The notes under the pieces were generated by a model. It was not told where the DNA came from and did no database searches. It was given only the letters and a program-made list of their open reading frames with translations. A DNA stretch of 64,000 nt from Bacteroidota bacterium. GTDB taxonomy: Bacteria > Bacteroidota > Bacteroidia > Cytophagales > Cyclobacteriaceae. The translations under genes and the position numbers were made by a program. Below, piece after piece: positions 1 to 9,152 of this stretch. Numbering within the stretch: the first letter of the stretch is position 1; every line of letters begins with the position of its first letter. The DNA lies in contig JBJOOF010000043.1 of the NCBI GenBank assembly GCA_046051425.1, positions 829-64,828 on the forward strand. Reading direction: 5' to 3'.

Positions 1-2
1 GC

Positions 3-461
3 TATTCCAACAAAGGGCACGATGGATTTTTGGGTAATTCGGTGATTGGAGAATGGTGTAACCTGGGTGCAGACACGAATACTTCCAACCTCAAAAACAA
101 TTATGCAGTTGTCAAACTTTGGGATTACACCAAAGGAGGATTTGTCAATACAGGACTTCAGTTTTGTGGCTTGATGATGGGTGACCACAGCAAGTGCGGC
201 ATCAATACCATGTTCAATACCGGTACTGTCATCGGTGTCGGAGCCAACGTGTTTGGAGATGGCTATCCTCGCAATTTCATTCCTTCCTTTGCCTGGGGTG
301 GAGCAGCTGGATTCTCTACCTTTACGCCTCCTAAGTTTAATGAAACTGCCGAGGCCGTGTATGCCCGAAGAGGGAAAGTATGGGGCGCTGCTGAAAAAGA
401 AATTTTGGATAAGGTTTTTGAATTGACCAAAAGCTACAGAATTTGGGATAAAACTTCCTGA
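3..461 (+). CDS. GlmU-like left-handed beta-helix (hexapeptide) transferase, C-terminal part; 5' end lies outside the window
   Basis: Frame open from the window edge (YSNKGHDGFLGNSVIGEWCNLGADTNTSNLKNNY...GDHSKCGINTMFNTGTVIGVGANVFG), with hexapeptide repeats. Confidence 0.8.
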   Translation, partial: YSNKGHDGFLGNSVIGEWCNLGADTNTSNLKNNYAVVKLWDYTKGGFVNTGLQFCGLMMGDHSKCGINTMFNTGTVIGVGANVFGDGYPRNFIPSFAWGGAAGFSTFTPPKFNETAEAVYARRGKVWGAAEKEILDKVFELTKSYRIWDKTS

Positions 462-472
462 CCCACCGCACC

Positions 473-1615
473 ATGCAATTTGCAGCAATACCTGGACTTC
501 CGGAAACCAAAGAAAAGCTTCTCAACGCAGTGAAGTTGAACCACCTTGCCCATGCACTTTTGTTTCATGGTCCAGAAGGTTCGGCCAACTTGACCCTGGC
601 TCTGGCCTTGGCGAGTTACTTGTATTGTGAGGCAAAAACGGAGACGGATTCCTGTGGTACCTGTGGCTCCTGCCAGCGCATGAATAAATTGATCCTTCCG
701 GATTTGAATTTTGCTTTTCCAGTAGTTGCCCCTTCCAAAGAAGAGGAGGGGGATGAGGACGGAAAGGATGAGAAAACCGACCTGATGGGCAACTGGAGAA
801 AGTTTGTGTTGGGCCAGCCCTATGGCAATGTCCACGACTTCATCTATTTCAATGGCTTTGAAAAAAAGCAGTTAAACATCACCAAAGCAGCGGCTCGAAA
901 GATGATTCAGACGCTATCGTTGATGTCTTTTGAGGGAGGGTACAAGATCATGTTGATCTGGGCACCTGAATATTTACACCCTTCAGCGGCCAATGCCTTG
1001 CTGAAGATCATTGAAGAACCACCTGCCAAAACCCTTTTCCTGTTGGTCACCTCCCAGGCTGATCAGTTGCTCACGACTATTTTATCTCGAACCCAAAAGA
1101 TCCTAGTTCGTGCCTTTACAGATGAAGAAGTCAGTGCACATCTCGTAGAATCCGGCCAATGTGATGCTAAAGCAGCAGCGCAAATTGCCATGCTAGCAGA
1201 TGGGAACTTACGCGCAGCGTATCGTTTGATTGATCAGGTGGAAGACCAGACGGTCCGCCAGCTGCGGGACTGGTTTCGCCTTTGCGCCACTAAAAATCTA
1301 AAAGATTTATTCGCACTCTCCGACGATTTTCACAAAGCCGATAAGGAATCTCAAAAGTCTTTGATGCTGGCAGGATTGAATGTGACGCGAGAGATTTTGT
1401 TGAAAAATCTCGATATGGATCACCTCCTTCGCACTACAGACGAGGACCGGGCTTTTATCAATAACATCAGCAAAAAGGTATTGACCGAAGAGCATGCGCT
1501 CCAACTCTACCAAACGTTCAATGCAGCGCATTACCATTTGGAACGGAATGGCAATGCGAAAATGATTTTCACCGACTTGTCCATGGAGATTCTCTTGATG
1601 ATGTCCAAAAACTAG
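473..1615 (+). CDS. holB: DNA polymerase III subunit delta'
   Basis: HALLFHGPEG degenerate Walker A, zinc module C...CGTCGSC, AANALLKIIEEPP, LLTTILSRTQ. Confidence 0.92.
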   Translation: MQFAAIPGLPETKEKLLNAVKLNHLAHALLFHGPEGSANLTLALALASYLYCEAKTETDSCGTCGSCQRMNKLILPDLNFAFPVVAPSKEEEGDEDGKDEKTDLMGNWRKFVLGQPYGNVHDFIYFNGFEKKQLNITKAAARKMIQTLSLMSFEGGYKIMLIWAPEYLHPSAANALLKIIEEPPAKTLFLLVTSQADQLLTTILSRTQKILVRAFTDEEVSAHLVESGQCDAKAAAQIAMLADGNLRAAYRLIDQVEDQTVRQLRDWFRLCATKNLKDLFALSDDFHKADKESQKSLMLAGLNVTREILLKNLDMDHLLRTTDEDRAFINNISKKVLTEEHALQLYQTFNAAHYHLERNGNAKMIFTDLSMEILLMMSKN

Positions 1616-1619
1616 GGAG

Positions 1620-2060
1620 ATGGAAAAGAAGGTTCTTGGGCGAAAAGAAAAAATCACACTTCCTGAACTGGGTTTAAATCTTGTCCGTGCCAAAATCGAT
1701 ACGGGAGCCTACACGAGCAGTTTGCATGCAGAAGAAATTCGGATTGAAGAGGTAGAGGGGCGAAAACTACTCTATTTCAAAATTTTGATGCCTGCTCACC
1801 AAAAGTACACTGGAAAGACCCTTGCTTTTGAATCCTTCCGGGAGAAGAAAGTAAAGAATTCCTTTGGGCAGGCAGAAGTTCGTTACCTCATTGAAACCAA
1901 ATTGCAGCTGGCAGGAGAAACCTTCCGGGCTGAGTTTACGCTCACCGATCGGTCTAGCATGAAAAATTCCATTCTGCTGGGTAGAAAAATTCTACGGGGG
2001 AGATTTCTCGTGGATGTATCCCAAACCAACTTAGGTAAACCCTACCGCAAAAAGAAATGA
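1620..2060 (+). CDS. RimK-associated retropepsin-like aspartic peptidase (annotated 'ATP-dependent zinc protease' family)
   Basis: [13 protein letters not shown] and [16 protein letters not shown] motifs; ATGA overlap with rimK. Confidence 0.85.
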   Translation: MEKKVLGRKEKITLPELGLNLVRAKIDTGAYTSSLHAEEIRIEEVEGRKLLYFKILMPAHQKYTGKTLAFESFREKKVKNSFGQAEVRYLIETKLQLAGETFRAEFTLTDRSSMKNSILLGRKILRGRFLVDVSQTNLGKPYRKKK

Positions 2061-2962
2061 AAATTGCAGTCCTTTCGAGGAACCCAAAGTTGTTCTCCAC
2101 CCAACGCCTGATTGAAGAAATTCAAAAGGCGGGACATGAAGCCATGGTTGTCGATCACAGTCTTTGTGACCTGATCATTGAGCAGGAGGGTCCTTCCATC
2201 ATTTACAAAGGGCAGCGGCTCGAAGGGGTGGATGCCATTATTCCTCGAATTGGAGCTTCTGTTACTTTTTACGGTACGGCCGTGGTTCGTCAATTTGAAC
2301 TGATGGGTGCCTTCTCAGCGGTGACCTCACAGGCGATCGTACGCAGTAGAGATAAGTTGAGAAGCTTGCAGATTCTCTCAAAAAATGGTTTGGGTATGCC
2401 CAAGACGGCATTTACCAACTTTTCCAAAGGAGGAGAAAAGCAATTGATTGAACAAGTGAGTGGGGCCCCCGTCATCATCAAGTTATTGGAAGGTACGCAA
2501 GGCTTGGGGGTGGTGTTGGCAGAAACCAAGAAAGCAGCACAGTCGGTAGTGGAGGCGTTTCATGGATTGAAGGCGAGAATCATCGTACAAGAATACATCA
2601 AGGAAGCAAAGGGCGCTGACATCCGTGCTTTTGTGGTCAATGGAAAAGTAGTGGGGGCTATGAAGCGGCAAGGAGCGGAAGGAGAATTTCGATCCAACCT
2701 TCATCGCGGAGGAGTGGCTACCGTCATCAAATTGAGCCGGGCAGAAAAGCAAGCCGCGCTCAATGCAGCCAAGGCCTTGGGTCTGGATGTAGCAGGTGTG
2801 GACATGCTCCAATCTGCACGAGGCCCTTTGATTTTGGAAGTCAATAGTTCTCCTGGCTTGGAAGGAATTGAAGGCGCTACCGGTGTGAATGTTGCCGCCG
2901 AAATCATCAAATTTGTGGTGGAAAGTGTGGTGAAGAAAACGTCAAAACGAGAAAAACAGTGA
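2057..2962 (+). CDS. rimK: RimK family ATP-grasp alpha-L-glutamate ligase
   Basis: [51 protein letters not shown]. Confidence 0.95.
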   Translation: MKIAVLSRNPKLFSTQRLIEEIQKAGHEAMVVDHSLCDLIIEQEGPSIIYKGQRLEGVDAIIPRIGASVTFYGTAVVRQFELMGAFSAVTSQAIVRSRDKLRSLQILSKNGLGMPKTAFTNFSKGGEKQLIEQVSGAPVIIKLLEGTQGLGVVLAETKKAAQSVVEAFHGLKARIIVQEYIKEAKGADIRAFVVNGKVVGAMKRQGAEGEFRSNLHRGGVATVIKLSRAEKQAALNAAKALGLDVAGVDMLQSARGPLILEVNSSPGLEGIEGATGVNVAAEIIKFVVESVVKKTSKREKQ

Positions 2963-3891
2963 GTCATCAGCTTATAAAAATCGGAACACGTGCCAGTAAG
3001 CTCGCCCTTTGGCAAGCGTACCATGTCGCAGACTTGCTTCAAAAAGCGGGGCTGGCAACAGAGATTGTTCCGATCGATACCAAAGGGGACCAGGTGTTGG
3101 ATGTTTCCATTTCAAAAATTGGTTCCAAAGGAGTTTTTACCCAAGAATTAGAAGACCAATTGTTGGATGGAAGTATTTCGATAGCAGTTCATTCGGCAAA
3201 AGACATGCCCTCCAGTTTGGGGGAAGGTTTGGAGTTGATTGCCTTTTCGGCACGCGAACAGGCTCAGGATGTGCTGCTTTCTACGAAGAAAGGAGTTTCC
3301 TTACGTGATGCCAACTTGGTAGTAGGTACTTCTTCAACGCGAAGAATTGCGACGCTAAAGCATTTTTATCCTCAGGTAAAAACCGTGGAGGTAAGAGGGA
3401 ATCTTCAAACTCGAATTCGAAAAATGGAGGAAGGGCATTGTGATGCGCTGCTCTTGGCCTATGCGGGAGTGCATCGAATGGGTTACACGGACCTTTTGGT
3501 AGCAAATTTGGATTTGAATCAATTTATCCCTGCCGTGGGTCAAGGATCCATCGCTATTGAGGCCTCTACGAGCCTTGATCCCCAGCTTCGGGATGCCATT
3601 GTTGCTGCTTGCAACGATGCAGCGACCCAAGTTTGCTTACTGGCTGAGCGTGCCTATCTCCGGGTTTTGGAAGGTGGATGCAGCATTCCAGTTTTTGCTT
3701 TGGCTACACTTGCAGAAAATCAGGTCCAGCTCAAAGGAGGGATTGTGAGTTTGGATGGACAGCAGCGCATCGTACTCGAAGTGAGTGGTCCAGCTAGTCA
3801 AGCTGTGCATCTAGGTGAATCCTTGGCCAAGCAAGTCCTCCAAGCGGGAGGAAAAACAATTTTAGAACAAATCAAACAGTCCCCTCATTGA
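2959..3891 (+). CDS. hemC: Hydroxymethylbilane synthase (porphobilinogen deaminase)
   Basis: [53 protein letters not shown]. Confidence 0.96.
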   Translation: MSHQLIKIGTRASKLALWQAYHVADLLQKAGLATEIVPIDTKGDQVLDVSISKIGSKGVFTQELEDQLLDGSISIAVHSAKDMPSSLGEGLELIAFSAREQAQDVLLSTKKGVSLRDANLVVGTSSTRRIATLKHFYPQVKTVEVRGNLQTRIRKMEEGHCDALLLAYAGVHRMGYTDLLVANLDLNQFIPAVGQGSIAIEASTSLDPQLRDAIVAACNDAATQVCLLAERAYLRVLEGGCSIPVFALATLAENQVQLKGGIVSLDGQQRIVLEVSGPASQAVHLGESLAKQVLQAGGKTILEQIKQSPH

Positions 3892-3892
3892 T

Positions 3893-4738
3893 ATGAACCA
3901 GAAAATGCGGATTTTATTCTTTATCCTTTCTGTGCTGAGTTTTTCGGCTTGTGGCAAAGACAAGGATTACGTGGTCACCATTTCCACCCGACATGGTGAG
4001 ATCAAGGCCATTCTTTTTGACGATACTCCGGTGCATAAGGAGAATTTTCTTGACCTTGCTGAAGCGGGGCGATTTGATTCTACCCAATTTCATCGGGTAA
4101 TTCAGGGCTTTATGGTACAAGGAGGAGATGTCTTCACTAAGGAAAGCCTTCCTTACCAAAATTGGCCAACGCTTCCTGCTGAGATTCGTCGCAATCATGT
4201 GCACACCAAGGGAATGCTTGCCGCTGCTCGTGAAGGAGATGATAGCAATCCTCAAAAACGGAGCAATGGCTCCCAGTTTTACATTGTACAGGGAAGGACC
4301 TATGCGGAGCAAGAGTTGACTACCGATTTTACAGCCTTGCAGAAGGCAGTCTTCCAGTACATGCAATTGGAAAGCCAAAAGCAGATGAAGGAAGAGTACA
4401 CGCGGCTTTATCAGGAGGGGAAAATGGATAGTTTGACGCAGCTTTTGCTTTCTAAAAGAGATGAAATCGCCAAAACCTTATCCTTGAAACTCACTAAAGA
4501 TTACAGTCCTGAACAAATCAAGGCCTATGCCGAAGTGGGGGGTACTCCACACCTAGATTTTGAGTATACCGTCTTTGGTCAGGTGATCCAAGGCCTAGAA
4601 GTGGTCGATAAAATTGCCGCGGAAAAGACTAATCGGGAGGTTCCCTTGGAGCCCGTAATCATGAAGGTGACTGTTGAAAAAATGTCACGAAAGAAAATCG
4701 AAAAAGACTTTGGCTATGTCTATCCCGTCGTTCAATAA
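3893..4738 (+). CDS. Cyclophilin-type peptidyl-prolyl isomerase, lipoprotein, with a helical insertion
   Basis: Lipobox FSAC; FHRVIQGFMVQGGD, SQFYIV, GGTPHLDFEYTVFGQVIQG. Confidence 0.92.
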   Translation: MNQKMRILFFILSVLSFSACGKDKDYVVTISTRHGEIKAILFDDTPVHKENFLDLAEAGRFDSTQFHRVIQGFMVQGGDVFTKESLPYQNWPTLPAEIRRNHVHTKGMLAAAREGDDSNPQKRSNGSQFYIVQGRTYAEQELTTDFTALQKAVFQYMQLESQKQMKEEYTRLYQEGKMDSLTQLLLSKRDEIAKTLSLKLTKDYSPEQIKAYAEVGGTPHLDFEYTVFGQVIQGLEVVDKIAAEKTNREVPLEPVIMKVTVEKMSRKKIEKDFGYVYPVVQ

Positions 4739-5651
4739 ACCAAAAATCTTGATCACAGGAGCCAATGGCTTGCTGGGTCAGAAGTTGGTAGAGCAGCTAG
4801 TAACAAAAGAGACTTTTGAGGTCATCGCAACGGGTAGAGGTGCCTGCAGACTCTCGGGTGCAGGGTTTACGTACCAGAGTTTGGATATTGAAAATGAGCA
4901 GGAGGTAGAAGAGAACTTAGCACGGCTTCGTCCAGATGTGTTGATTCATGGGGCAGCAATGACTCATGTGGATGACTGTGAAAAAAACCAGGAGGGCTGT
5001 CACCGAGCCAATGTACTTGCGACCTCTTATCTGGTGCGAGCAGCAGAGAAGATTGGCAGTCACTTTATTTTTGTGTCTACAGATTTTATTTTTTCGGGGG
5101 AGGATGGACACAATCCCTACACGGAAGAAGCGCTGCCTGATCCAGTCAATTACTATGGCCAAACGAAGTTGGAAGGAGAGGAGCTCATCAAAGGCTCTTC
5201 CTTGAAATGGGCGATTGCACGGACAGTCTTGGTCTACGGCCTTGCCAATGACTTGAGCAGGTCCAACATCATTCTCTGGGTGAAGTCCTCTTTGGAGGCG
5301 GGCAAGCAGATTCAGGTGGTGGATGATCAGGAGCGGACACCAACCTTGGCAGAGGATTTGGCTGCAGGATGTATTTTGATTGCCGAGCAAGGAGCCACAG
5401 GTGTATTCAACATTTCTGGATCCGAATTGCTGACTCCTTACGATATGGCCATGCAGACAGCCGATTACTTCGGCTTAAACAAGGAGTTGATTGTTCGCAC
5501 AGATTCTACCCGTTTTACGCAGCCGGCTCGTCGACCGATGAAGACGGGATTTGTGATCCAAAAGGCGATTGATGAGTTGGGGTATCGTCCTAAAACGTTC
5601 ATGGAAGGCATCGGTATTTTGGCAAAACAAATTAGCAAAGCCTCTGCCTGA
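4716..5651 (+). CDS. RmlD-like dTDP-4-dehydrorhamnose reductase family SDR
   Basis: ILITGANGLLG, AMTHVDDCE, STDFIF, YYGQTK, VVDDQERTPT; start taken at ATG 4716. Confidence 0.88.
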   Translation: MSIPSFNKPKILITGANGLLGQKLVEQLVTKETFEVIATGRGACRLSGAGFTYQSLDIENEQEVEENLARLRPDVLIHGAAMTHVDDCEKNQEGCHRANVLATSYLVRAAEKIGSHFIFVSTDFIFSGEDGHNPYTEEALPDPVNYYGQTKLEGEELIKGSSLKWAIARTVLVYGLANDLSRSNIILWVKSSLEAGKQIQVVDDQERTPTLAEDLAAGCILIAEQGATGVFNISGSELLTPYDMAMQTADYFGLNKELIVRTDSTRFTQPARRPMKTGFVIQKAIDELGYRPKTFMEGIGILAKQISKASA

Positions 5652-5664
5652 TTTCTTTGAAAGT

Positions 5665-5696
5665 AAAAAAAGCACCCACATTTGGGTGCTTTTTTT
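5665..5696 (+). terminator. Rho-independent (bidirectional) terminator
   Basis: AAAAAAAGCACCCA-CATT-TGGGTGCTTTTTTT just after the SDR gene; it also marks the left edge of the AT-rich region. Confidence 0.85.
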
Positions 5697-5809
5697 ATTT
5701 ATATCCTTTTGTCTATAAAAACATCCTTTTTTCAAAAAGTAGATCTCGAAATCATTTCTGAGTTTTAAAATTTAATTATAGACTTCCTCGTAAATAATTT
5801 TTAAATCTC

Positions 5810-5817
5810 TACTTTTG
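5810..5817 (+). promoter_or_regulatory. Possible Bacteroidota -7 promoter element (TAnnTTTG) for the permease cassette
   Basis: TACTTTTG about 110 bp upstream of ATG 5927; the AT-rich context makes a chance match possible. Confidence 0.3.
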
Positions 5818-5926
5818 ATTCAGTAAATATGGATTTTTTCCGCATTTGCTGGTTAATTAGAAAGTGAATATTCGATTTTAGTTTAACTAATTTGTAGGTC
5901 TTGCAAATCATATTCTTCCTAGTTTA

Positions 5927-7288
5927 ATGGAAAATAATAAGTATAGTAAAGTTGCAGCATTAAGCACGGTCATTGCTAATATGATTGGTGTTGGTGTTTT
6001 TTCTTCTTTAGGGTTCCAGGTAGTCCCTTTTGAAAATGGCGGAATCCCAGATGGATTTTCCATTCTTTTAATTTGGTTATTAGGAGGGTTAATTGCGTTA
6101 TGCGGGGCATTTACCTATTCAGAGGTTGCCACTACCTTAAAAAGGAGTGGTGGAGAATATGTTTATCTAAGTAAGTTATATCACCCGAGTATAGGATTTG
6201 CAAGCGGCTGGATAAGCTTAGTGGTTGGTTTTGCAGGAGCGATAGCCTCCGCAGGACTTGCTATAGGGAAGTATAGTGCTCCAGCTTTGGGTGTGGATGT
6301 TGCAAGAGAAATAGGGTTGTTTGGATTTGAATTGAGCATTCAAAAAATAATTGCGATAAGTGTTATTCTGTTTTTATCATTAGTCCATTTAAATGGAACT
6401 AAAGTTGGAGGAATGGTTCAGAACATTTTGACAGCATTTAAAATTGCCTTAATACTTTTATTTTGTTTGGCGCCCTTCTTTTTTACCCCAGTTGATTCGT
6501 CAATTGCAACAAATTTATATCCAACAGAAACGAGTCTATCTGTCATTTTTAGTTTTTCCTTTGCTTCAGCACTGGTTTGGGTAATGTATGCCTATTCAGG
6601 ATGGAATGCGGTGGTCTACATAGCTGGAAATGTTGAAAACCCAATAAAAACGATACCTTTTGTACTTATAGGAGGAACTCTTATAGTTACAATTTTATAT
6701 GTATTCCTAAATTCTTCTTTTATGTCAGTAGCATCATTCGAAGAGATGGCTGGTAAGGAGGATATAGGGAATATTGTGGCTTTAAAGTTATTTGGTGAGC
6801 AATTTGGTGGAGTATTTTCTGCAATTTTTTCTTTCGCATTATTTAGTACGATGAGTGCAATGATTATTGCTGGACCAAGGGTTTCAGAGCAAATTGGAAA
6901 CGATTTTTCCTTTTTTAAGAAAGTTGCTGTAAAAAATCAAGCAGGAACTCCAGTTTATGCTATTCTTTTACAAGCACTTATTTCCATTGCTTTAGTTTTG
7001 TTTTCATCATTCCAAGAGCTTATTCAAACTTTGGGAATAACGCTTTCTTTCTTTTCGCTTTTAACAGTATTAGGGATTTTTATAATTCGAAAGAAATATC
7101 CATCAGAAGAAAGGCCAGTAAAAACTTGGGGCTATCCCTTTACCCCAATTATATTTATTGTCGCAACAGTTTGGATGATATTTAGTTTTGCTTTGATGGA
7201 TCCAATAAAAATTTGGTATTCTGTCTTTGCAATTATTCCTGGCATTATAGTTTATTTTATTGTTCAAAAAAATCAAAAAACATCATGA
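5927..7288 (+). CDS. APC-family amino acid permease (LAT/SteT-like)
   Basis: ANMIGVGVF, YSEVATTLKRSGGEYVYL, YAYSGWN, AGPRV, RPVKTWGYP; about 12 hydrophobic segments. Confidence 0.92.
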   Translation: MENNKYSKVAALSTVIANMIGVGVFSSLGFQVVPFENGGIPDGFSILLIWLLGGLIALCGAFTYSEVATTLKRSGGEYVYLSKLYHPSIGFASGWISLVVGFAGAIASAGLAIGKYSAPALGVDVAREIGLFGFELSIQKIIAISVILFLSLVHLNGTKVGGMVQNILTAFKIALILLFCLAPFFFTPVDSSIATNLYPTETSLSVIFSFSFASALVWVMYAYSGWNAVVYIAGNVENPIKTIPFVLIGGTLIVTILYVFLNSSFMSVASFEEMAGKEDIGNIVALKLFGEQFGGVFSAIFSFALFSTMSAMIIAGPRVSEQIGNDFSFFKKVAVKNQAGTPVYAILLQALISIALVLFSSFQELIQTLGITLSFFSLLTVLGIFIIRKKYPSEERPVKTWGYPFTPIIFIVATVWMIFSFALMDPIKIWYSVFAIIPGIIVYFIVQKNQKTS

Positions 7289-8451
7289 GAAAATTTTTTC
7301 TAGCTAGTTATATTCTCCTATCGTTAAGTGTATTACTTTTTTCATGTAGCAAACCTGAAAAGGATGTACAGAAACCACAAGTGGAAGTTGTTGCACCTAC
7401 TCCACCACAGCTAAAAGCAGTTTCGGAGGAGTTTAATAGGACAGCACTATTTTTAGCTGGTTTGCCTCAACTGGATACTAATTATTATTCTCAAATCGAG
7501 ACTAAAGAATTTTGGTTGACCCATAAGAAACAAATGACCGAGATTTGGAAAAGGGCAGAAGATTCAAGGCTTAATCTAATTTCTTCTTGGGCGGATCAGG
7601 CGTTAACCCCCAAAATAAAACCAGAACTTCCTTTATATTATCCATTTGCAGGGGCAGATTTTCTACATGCTTGGCATTTTTATCCTAAGGCGCCAGCTTA
7701 TCATCTTGTGGCTTTAGAAAATGTGACCAAATTACCTGATTTTGAAAAAATGACGGATAAGCAGCTTACCGATTACTTGGCAAGTCTTCGTAATTCATTA
7801 AGAGATGTGATTGGAAAGAGCTACTTCATCACTATGCACATGCAAACAGATTTGAGAACAGGTGAGTACTCAGGCATATTGCCTTTGTATTACGTTTTTC
7901 TTGCTAGAACTGGGCATAAACTTTTAAATCTTGAGACTATTGGCATAGATTCTACGGGTAATCATTTTGTGTCCTTGGATGAAAAGTTCGCTGGGGTACG
8001 AATAAAAATGACTCAAGATGGAATTAATGAAAAGGAATTGACCTACATGAAGTTTGATCTGGGGAATACAAGCCTTGATGCAAATCCACAATATATGAAT
8101 TGGGTAAGTTCTTTGGGGGAAAAAAATGTTTTCATAAAAGCTGCATCCTATTTACTTCACTATAAATCTTTTGAGCAGGTAAGGAAGACTATTTTCTCCA
8201 ATACTGGTAGCATTTTTCAAGACGATTCAGGTTTGGCATACAGGTATGTGGACTCTACTCAATTCAATACTACCTTATTTGGGGATTACACCAGACCAAT
8301 CGATGATTTTGGTGACCATACGTTTCAAAAAGATTTGGAAAAGCTCTATTTAAATACCCCTAAAGAAAATAGACCAATGATTCCTTTTCCATTGGGTTAC
8401 CATGTAGTTGAGGATAAGATTCAAAACCATCAACTCTTTACTAAGAAATAG
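7285..8451 (+). CDS. Conserved hypothetical lipoprotein, possible class I SAM-methyltransferase-like fold
   Basis: ATGA overlap with the permease stop; signal peptide with lipobox LFSC; LYYPFAGADFLHA, KAASYLLH, IFQDDSG motifs; fold assignment is inferred. Confidence 0.7.
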   Translation: MRKFFLASYILLSLSVLLFSCSKPEKDVQKPQVEVVAPTPPQLKAVSEEFNRTALFLAGLPQLDTNYYSQIETKEFWLTHKKQMTEIWKRAEDSRLNLISSWADQALTPKIKPELPLYYPFAGADFLHAWHFYPKAPAYHLVALENVTKLPDFEKMTDKQLTDYLASLRNSLRDVIGKSYFITMHMQTDLRTGEYSGILPLYYVFLARTGHKLLNLETIGIDSTGNHFVSLDEKFAGVRIKMTQDGINEKELTYMKFDLGNTSLDANPQYMNWVSSLGEKNVFIKAASYLLHYKSFEQVRKTIFSNTGSIFQDDSGLAYRYVDSTQFNTTLFGDYTRPIDDFGDHTFQKDLEKLYLNTPKENRPMIPFPLGYHVVEDKIQNHQLFTKK

Positions 8452-8484
8452 AGGTAATTTATTTGGCATTTTTTGTAAGATAAA

Positions 8485-9117
8485 ATGAGTAAATTAACTC
8501 TTTCCATTTACTTATCGCTTCTGATTGGTGGATTTGATGGGATGTTATCTTCTCATCAAATCGATGGGGAGAATAATTTTCCATCGACTCCTTCCATAGT
8601 TCACAAAGAGCAGGTATGGCTGGATACAATTGCCAATGACACCAGTGAGCTTGAATCCAATCAAATGTATTTCGAGAATTATGAAGTTTTGTCGAAATAT
8701 GAATGTATCGGTTCTTTGGATAATTTTTCTCAAAATTTGAATTCAGGCTTTTTAGTACTGAATAAGGGGTTAGAACTTTTTCAGACTAATTTTAAAACCT
8801 CAGGATCTTGTTGGACTTATGTAAATAAGGTATATGATATGGCAGGATTTACTTCTGGAAAAAGAGATGTTATTTATGCTGCCAAAAAAGGAACTCTTAT
8901 AAAAGATCCTTCAATTATAATGCCTGGAGATTGGTTGTTTCATGTCAATTATTCTTTTAGAAATGTTGAACATAGTGCCATTTTTGTGTGTTGGCAGGAC
9001 AAAGAAAAATTATTAGCTGTTACACTAAGCCATGTGGGGCAAAACAAATATGCAGGTGGGGATTTCGGGGTTTATGATCTTAAAGGAGTGTATAGAGTGA
9101 CAAGAGCTAAAAACTAA
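8485..9117 (+). CDS. Secreted hypothetical protein with papain-like (NlpC/P60/CHAP-type) Cys-His signature
   Basis: N-terminal hydrophobic segment; GSCWTYVNKVY (Cys109), PGDWLF, EHSAIFV (His163). Confidence 0.6.
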   Translation: MSKLTLSIYLSLLIGGFDGMLSSHQIDGENNFPSTPSIVHKEQVWLDTIANDTSELESNQMYFENYEVLSKYECIGSLDNFSQNLNSGFLVLNKGLELFQTNFKTSGSCWTYVNKVYDMAGFTSGKRDVIYAAKKGTLIKDPSIIMPGDWLFHVNYSFRNVEHSAIFVCWQDKEKLLAVTLSHVGQNKYAGGDFGVYDLKGVYRVTRAKN

Positions 9118-9152
9118 CTTTAGAAATAGATAAATCTTTATTTGTATAAAAA

